Position numbers and translations under genes: made by a program | Assembly (NCBI GenBank): GCA_036501005.1 | Contig: DASYBA010000456.1 | Location: 1 to 30,997, forward strand | Source of the DNA: Candidatus Xenobia bacterium | GTDB taxonomy: Bacteria; Vulcanimicrobiota; Xenobia; RGZZ01; DASYBA01 | Reading direction: 5' to 3' | DNA: 30,997 bases | In this document: piece after piece, positions 26,135 through 30,997 of the stretch | How the letters are laid out: each line of letters begins with the position of its first letter | Position numbering within the stretch: position 1 is the first letter of the stretch | The notes under the pieces: model-generated | Told to the model about the DNA's origin: nothing | Databases searched by the model: none | Seen by the model: the letters and a program-made list of their open reading frames with translations, nothing else

Positions 26135-26256
26135 GGTCGGGCAAACTTCCCAGTCCGGGCCGGCTGCCCCTGCCTGGAAGGGATCAAAGCGTCAGGGACA
26201 AATGTCGGCGGGTGAGCCAGTCCCCCTACTTTCACCCTGCGGCAGGGCCGCTCGAG

Positions 26257-27660
26257 ATGTCGACCTACCAGTTCGACGACCCAAGCGATGCGGCCAGTAT
26301 TCGCCCTGCGAATGCCGCCTCGCCGGGGCCCCCTATCAGCGACACCCCGCTGCCGGAGCACCTGTGGGAGGTGATGCGGCAACGAGAAGCCCGAACCCTG
26401 GGGCGTGTGCACCTGCCCGACGGCCGTGTCCTGCTGGCTCGCGCCTGGCCTCTCGACGGGACCGGTGTGGGCGTTTTGTGGGAAGACGTCACCGGCGAGC
26501 AGCAGGCCAGTGAGCGTCAGCGCCGCCTGGACGAGCAGTTGCTCCAATCGCGCAAGATGGAGGCCATCACTCGCCTGGCCGGCGGCGTATCGCACGACTT
26601 CAACAATCTCATGACGGCCATCATGGGCTATAGCGATCTCATCATGTCCGAGATCGACGGAGAGGATCCGCTCCGCAGCGATATCCAGGAGATTCTGCAA
26701 GCAGCTCAGCGGGCCACCCACCTCACCCGCCAGTTGTCGGCCCTCAACCCCCAACGGATTACGCAGGGCTGCCGATTTGACGTCAACCAGAAACTGCGGG
26801 AGTGGGTCGGCCGGCTGGACAGCCTGGCCGGGAGCCGGGTGAAGGTCGACGTCGATACGGCCACCGAGGCTTGCACCGTGCTGATGGATCCGGACGATCT
26901 CGAGCAGGTGCTGGTGAACCTGGTCCTCAACGCCAAGGAGGCCATGATGGATGGCGGCTCCGTCTCCATCGCGGTGCGCCGCCGACACTTCGACGACATG
27001 GAACGCCTGGTGACCCTCGGGCTGGCCGCCCAGGAGTATGTAGAGATCGTCATCCGAGACACGGGGGCGGGCATGTCAGCGGAAGTTCTGTCCCGCATCT
27101 TCGAACCGTTCTACACCACCCGCAGCAAGGCTCGGGGCCTGGGACTGACGGTGGTGTACGGCATCGTGAAGACCGCCGACGGGGCCATCGAGGTAGAGAG
27201 TCTCGAGTCAGCCGGGTCGGTCTTTACCATTCACCTCCCGGCCTGCCCCGACGTGCCCCCGGCTGCCAACCCCGCGCCGCACGGCGGCGACAAAGTCATC
27301 CTGCTGGCCGAGGATGAGGAGATGCTGGGCGAGCTCATGCAGCGAATCCTTCGGCGGCGAGGGTTTCGGGTGTTGGCCGCTCGCAACGGGGCCGAGGCGC
27401 TGAAGATCGCCGAGGAGTTCGACGGGACCATCGACCTGCTCATCACCGACGTGGTGATGCCCGAAGTCACCGGTACGGAGCTCGCCGAACGGTTGCGACA
27501 CACCCGCCCGGCCACCCGGGTCCTGTTCATTTCCGGCTATACCGACGCCCGCATCATCCAGGAGAGCGTGCGGGTCGATCGGGCCGACTTCATGCACAAG
27601 CCTTTCACGCCCCAGGTGTTCGACGACAAGGTACGGGAGCTTTTGGTCCGCCCGACTTAG
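26257..27660 (+). CDS. Cytoplasmic hybrid histidine kinase (HisKA, HATPase_c, receiver). No TM
   Basis: H-box GGVSHDFNNLMTAI. HATPase LVLNAKEAM, DTGAGM, GLGL. REC ILLAEDEEMLGEL...LLITDVVMP. The ORF-track start 25885 is rejected because it overlaps the divergent kinase. Confidence 0.8.
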   Translation: MSTYQFDDPSDAASIRPANAASPGPPISDTPLPEHLWEVMRQREARTLGRVHLPDGRVLLARAWPLDGTGVGVLWEDVTGEQQASERQRRLDEQLLQSRKMEAITRLAGGVSHDFNNLMTAIMGYSDLIMSEIDGEDPLRSDIQEILQAAQRATHLTRQLSALNPQRITQGCRFDVNQKLREWVGRLDSLAGSRVKVDVDTATEACTVLMDPDDLEQVLVNLVLNAKEAMMDGGSVSIAVRRRHFDDMERLVTLGLAAQEYVEIVIRDTGAGMSAEVLSRIFEPFYTTRSKARGLGLTVVYGIVKTADGAIEVESLESAGSVFTIHLPACPDVPPAANPAPHGGDKVILLAEDEEMLGELMQRILRRRGFRVLAARNGAEALKIAEEFDGTIDLLITDVVMPEVTGTELAERLRHTRPATRVLFISGYTDARIIQESVRVDRADFMHKPFTPQVFDDKVRELLVRPT

Positions 27661-27690
27661 AGGGCTGCCGCCCCACTGGCCGACAGACCT

Positions 27691-28878
27691 TTACGACGTG
27701 AGTCGAACGGCCAGGGCGGTGAAGTCGTCCTGGAGGTGGAGGTCGCCCCGGTGCACCAAGACCCGGGCATGGATCCGTTCCACCAGCTCGACGGGCGAGA
27801 GCTGGGCGTCCTCTTGCAGCCACGCCAGGAGACCGGGCAAGGTCACGGGTTGTCCCGACGAGTCGGCTGCCTCCACCAGGCCGTCGGTGTAAAGGAACAG
27901 CGTGTCGCCGGGTTCAAGCGGTGTTTCGACCTCCGGATAGGGGCGCTCTCCGAACACCTCCGGATCGAACATGCCCAGGACCGGCCCCCCGACCTCCAGC
28001 AGCTCAACCGGTCGGCCAGGGCGCAGAAGAAGAGCAGGTTCCTGGGCCGCCTTGGTCCAGGTGAAGCATTTTCGCTGGGGGTCCAAGACCCCGTAGAAGG
28101 CGCTGGCGAAGTGACCGCCCGGAAACACCCGGGCCAGTCGCCGGTGCAGTTCTCGGAAACACGCGGCGGGGGCTCGCACCGTCCGCGTCATCTCGCTGGC
28201 CAGCACTTTGAACATGGCCGATAGCAAGGCAGCCGGCACGCCGTGCCCGCTGATGTCGGCCAGCAAAACCCCGAGCTGCTCGTCCGGCAGCTCGACAAAG
28301 TCAAACAGATCGCCGCCGATCTGGTTGGAGGGCGCAAACACGAACCCCGTCTCGATCCCCTTGCGCCGAGGCGGCTCGGCGGGCAGCATGGCCAACTGGA
28401 TGCTGCGGGCCAGGTCCAGTTCGTGGCGCATGCGCTGGTCACGGGCCGTCAGCTCGGCCAGGTACTGGCGGTTGAGGCTCTCCACGCGGGCGTAGCGCAG
28501 CGTGCGGGCCACCACTTCCTTGAAGTTCTCCATGCGCAAGGGTTTGGTGACGTAATCCAAGGCCCCCGAGCGAATGGCCCGCAAGGCGTCATCGAGCGCC
28601 GACGATCCGGTGACGATGACCACGCCGACATCGGGGGCAGCCGCCTTGACCGCCTCCAGCAGTTGAAAGCCGCTCAAGCCGTCCATGTCAAGGTCGGTCA
28701 AGAGCAGGGTGGGGGGATCCTGTCGCACGGCATCCAGCGCGGCCTGCCCGGTGGTAAAAGCCTCCACGTCCACCCCCAGTTTACGGAGCATCAGGGTCAA
28801 CAGGTTGGCCAGGACGGGGTCGTCGTCGACCACGAACACGCGGGCCGTGAAGGGCAGGACCTCCGAGGCGGGTGTCAA
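27691..28878 (-). CDS. Response regulator with PP2C-family phosphatase output (REC + SpoIIE/RsbU-like)
   Basis: REC RVFVVDDDPVLANLL...LLLTDLDMDG. PP2C IGGDLFDFVEL...LADISGHGVPAALLSAMF...YTDGL. Start proposed at TTG 28878, overlapping the upstream RR stop (TTGA). No in-frame ATG before the REC domain, so the start is uncertain. Confidence 0.7.
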   Translation of the reverse strand: MTPASEVLPFTARVFVVDDDPVLANLLTLMLRKLGVDVEAFTTGQAALDAVRQDPPTLLLTDLDMDGLSGFQLLEAVKAAAPDVGVVIVTGSSALDDALRAIRSGALDYVTKPLRMENFKEVVARTLRYARVESLNRQYLAELTARDQRMRHELDLARSIQLAMLPAEPPRRKGIETGFVFAPSNQIGGDLFDFVELPDEQLGVLLADISGHGVPAALLSAMFKVLASEMTRTVRAPAACFRELHRRLARVFPGGHFASAFYGVLDPQRKCFTWTKAAQEPALLLRPGRPVELLEVGGPVLGMFDPEVFGERPYPEVETPLEPGDTLFLYTDGLVEAADSSGQPVTLPGLLAWLQEDAQLSPVELVERIHARVLVHRGDLHLQDDFTALAVRLTS

Positions 28879-29519
28879 GCTGACGGTTGCGGCGACTGGG
28901 CCAGCCCTCGCTTGAACGCGTACAACACGGCACCGGTGCGCTCCCGCACGCCAATCTTGTCGTACAATGCGCGAAGCTGGGTCTTGACGGTGCTTTTCGA
29001 TACGGACAGGTGTCTCGCCAGGTCGTCGTTGGTGATGCCGGCGGACAGAAGCTGCAGTATCTCGCGGTCTCGAGGGGTCAAATCGTCCGGTTTGGAGCGG
29101 TCTCGGAGCTGGCTCGCGATGGCGTCCGTCGCACACGGGTGCCAGTAGCTGCTGCCGCCGGCCACCGCGGCGACGGCTCGAGCGAGATCCGGGGAGGACA
29201 CCGACTTCAGCAGATATCCGGCGGCCCCCATCTCCACCGCTTTCAGGATCATGCCACGGTCTTCGTGCATGGTCAAAACCAGCGTACCCACCCGGATGTC
29301 CTTGGCTCGCAATTGCTGCAGGAGCCAGAAGCCGTCATGCCCGGGCAGGGTGATGTCGAGGAGCAGCACGTCGCAGGCCTCCGAAGATAGCCACGCCAAG
29401 GCCGCCTCCGCGGTGCGAACGTCGGCCACCACGGCGACCCCCTCCAGATCGGTCAGCAGCCGATGGATGCCCTGGGCGAGAATGGCGTGATCCTCGACCA
29501 ACATGACTCTAATCGCCAA
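28875..29519 (-). CDS. NarL/FixJ-family response regulator (REC + LuxR-type HTH)
   Basis: Start placed at TTG 29519, giving MAIRVMLVEDHAIL, typical of the family, with GGGGAG 7 nt upstream. C-terminal LTPRDREILQLLSAGITNDDLARHLSVSKSTVKTQL. Confidence 0.8.
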   Translation of the reverse strand: MAIRVMLVEDHAILAQGIHRLLTDLEGVAVVADVRTAEAALAWLSSEACDVLLLDITLPGHDGFWLLQQLRAKDIRVGTLVLTMHEDRGMILKAVEMGAAGYLLKSVSSPDLARAVAAVAGGSSYWHPCATDAIASQLRDRSKPDDLTPRDREILQLLSAGITNDDLARHLSVSKSTVKTQLRALYDKIGVRERTGAVLYAFKRGLAQSPQPSA

Positions 29520-30297
29520 CGACAGGCTCCCCTCCGGGCAAGGCAAACCCCACCTCCGCCCCCTGAGGCGACATGCGAGTGATGGCAAAGGCGCCGCCAT
29601 GGGCTTCGATCACCCGCTGGCAGAGCCACCAGCGCAACTGCCGACGCCGGGCACGGTCGTCGTCGGGTAGCTCCGCCAGGGACTCCAGCAGCGTATCGCA
29701 ACCGCCGTCTCGCAGCGAGAAGCGGGCCCGGCCCTCCACCATGCCCATGGCGATGTCCAACGTGGCCCCGTCCAGAGAAGACTGCAGGGCGTTGGCCAGC
29801 ACCCCATCCAAGGCCTGCCCCATGCGGCGAACGTCGGCCTGCACCACCGCCGACCGAAGCTCGGTGCGAACCTCCACGTGCCGGCGCTGGTCGGGGGTCA
29901 GGAGGTTCAGATGGCGATCCAGGTGCGTCTGGACCAACGGCCCCAGGTCGACCTCCTCCCGCTGCAGTAAGAGCGGCTCCTGCAACACCGGGTCGACATA
30001 GGTGTCCAGCAGGACCCGAGCTGACTGGCACGCCGCTTCCATCTCGCCACAGTCGGCCTGGATCGCAGAGGTGGCCTGCGACTGAATCCAGCCGGCCAGA
30101 AACAACATGCCCTGCAACGCCGTGCGAAGATCGTGATTGAGGATTTGGAGGGTCGTCACCAGGAGGGCTTCACGCTCTCGCTGCGTCGCCTGCTCCGTCA
30201 CGCGTGTGGGTGAGCCCTGCCTCAAGGCCAGATATCCCCATCCTTCCCGATTCGGTTCCCTGGTGCCAGGATACCAGGAAGTCTCCCAGCGTGTCAA
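29509..30297 (-). CDS. Soluble NarL-partner-type histidine kinase (HisKA_3-like H-box + HATPase_c). Probably shorter than the listed ORF
   Basis: LQILNHDLRTALQG H-box. N/D/G boxes LANALQ, LRDGGCD, AHGGAFAI. No TM or sensor domain. Real start probably TTG about 30225 or GTG about 30200. Stop overlaps the RR start. Confidence 0.6.
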   Translation of the reverse strand: MTRWETSWYPGTREPNREGWGYLALRQGSPTRVTEQATQREREALLVTTLQILNHDLRTALQGMLFLAGWIQSQATSAIQADCGEMEAACQSARVLLDTYVDPVLQEPLLLQREEVDLGPLVQTHLDRHLNLLTPDQRRHVEVRTELRSAVVQADVRRMGQALDGVLANALQSSLDGATLDIAMGMVEGRARFSLRDGGCDTLLESLAELPDDDRARRRQLRWWLCQRVIEAHGGAFAITRMSPQGAEVGFALPGGEPVVGD

Positions 30298-30501
30298 CCA
30301 GCCACGATCCAGGTTTTCACGTCTCGCGGGCCCGGTACGGGGTCGGCATCACGAGGCGTCGAGCGCTTTTCCGATCAACCCCACCGCCCGAGCGATCGAC
30401 ATGCGGTACCAGCTCCAGCCACACTTGTCGTGCCGCCAAGAAGCGGCCCGCGTAGGGCTGAGGATTGTAGGGCCTGCACGACGCGGAGGAGAATCAGTGG
30501 C

Positions 30502-30997
30502 CATGGAACCTGGCACCTCCTTTCCGGGCACCATCCCAGTCGGCGCTGTGGTGGACGGCCGCTACCGGATTCTAGCGCCGGTCAAGGCCGGCGGCATGGG
30601 CGCGGTGTATCGGGCCGAGGACCTGCGACTATCCGATACCACGGTCGCGGTGAAGCAGATGCTGGACGCATCCGACCCGGACATGCAAGCGATTTTCGAA
30701 CGGCGCTTTCATGAGGAGATGAACATCCTCACCCAGCTTCGCCATCCCGGAATTCCCCGCGTGCTGGATTTTTTTCGCCACGACCAGAGCTGGTGCATCG
30801 TGATGGATTTCATCCAAGGCAGCAACCTCGAGGCACCGGGATTTCTGCCCATGTCTCCCGCCCGGGCGCTGGAAGTCGCTCGACAGGTTCTGCAGATCCT
30901 GGTCTACCTGCATGGCCAGACCCCTCCGGTGATGCATCGAGACATCAAGCCGGCCAACCTGATCCAGCTTGCTCAGGGAGGGCGCATCCTGTTGGTG
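30502..30997 (+). CDS. Hanks-type serine/threonine protein kinase, N-terminal part (continues past window end)
   Basis: YRILAPVKAGGMGAVYRAED (Gly loop), VAVKQM (VAIK), HRDIKPANL catalytic loop. GGAGGAG 11 nt upstream of ATG 30502. Confidence 0.8.

Noticed and set aside
25885-26256. Upstream extension of the cytoplasmic hybrid kinase ORF
   Set aside because: Would overlap the divergent membrane hybrid kinase start. The first plausible start is ATG 26257, just before the HisKA region.
1-30997. CRISPR arrays, IS elements/transposases, rRNA genes
   Set aside because: No spaced direct repeats, no transposase-like ORFs or terminal inverted repeats, and no rRNA-like conserved stretches were seen.

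Overview
Strongly GC-rich (about 68%) bacterial chromosomal segment with very tight gene packing. Starts and stops frequently overlap (ATGA, GTGA, TTGA, shared CTAG). Many genes start with GTG or TTG. The ORF track is full of long antisense ghost ORFs, as expected at this GC content. I chose the coding frame by GC3 bias, Shine-Dalgarno placement and protein-family resemblance judged by eye. The core housekeeping block is yebC-ruvC-ruvA-ruvB (7230..15080). Two small genes sit between ruvC and ruvA: a SelW/Rdx-like selenoprotein with an in-frame TGA (Sec) that the ORF track missed, and an orphan DUF433. The left 7 kb looks like an accessory island. It holds a full-length bacterial homolog of the eukaryotic major vault protein (MVP), a divergent sensor kinase plus CheY-like receiver, two tandem exported low-complexity proteins (one with GGGGGFH heptad repeats), an AT-rich intergenic stretch and a small membrane protein. 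Elsewhere there is a GT2 glycosyltransferase, a sterol-desaturase-family protein, and a frameshifted group II PLP-decarboxylase (pseudogene or assembly indel). There is also a ~62-aa tandem-duplicated hypothetical, an RmlD-like reductase, and a tetR-hlyD-ABC-ABC2 efflux operon. Two paralogous Cys-rich secreted proteins share a PEP-CTERM-like C-terminal sorting signal (PEVD, then a hydrophobic stretch, then RRRRA). The right end is a dense signalling neighbourhood: a membrane PP2C phosphatase, PPK2, two hybrid histidine kinases, a REC-PP2C phosphatase, a NarL-type RR/HK pair and the N-terminal part of a Ser/Thr kinase. No rRNA, tRNA, CRISPR or obvious transposase was recognised. All family calls come from motif recognition by eye and were not database-searched.
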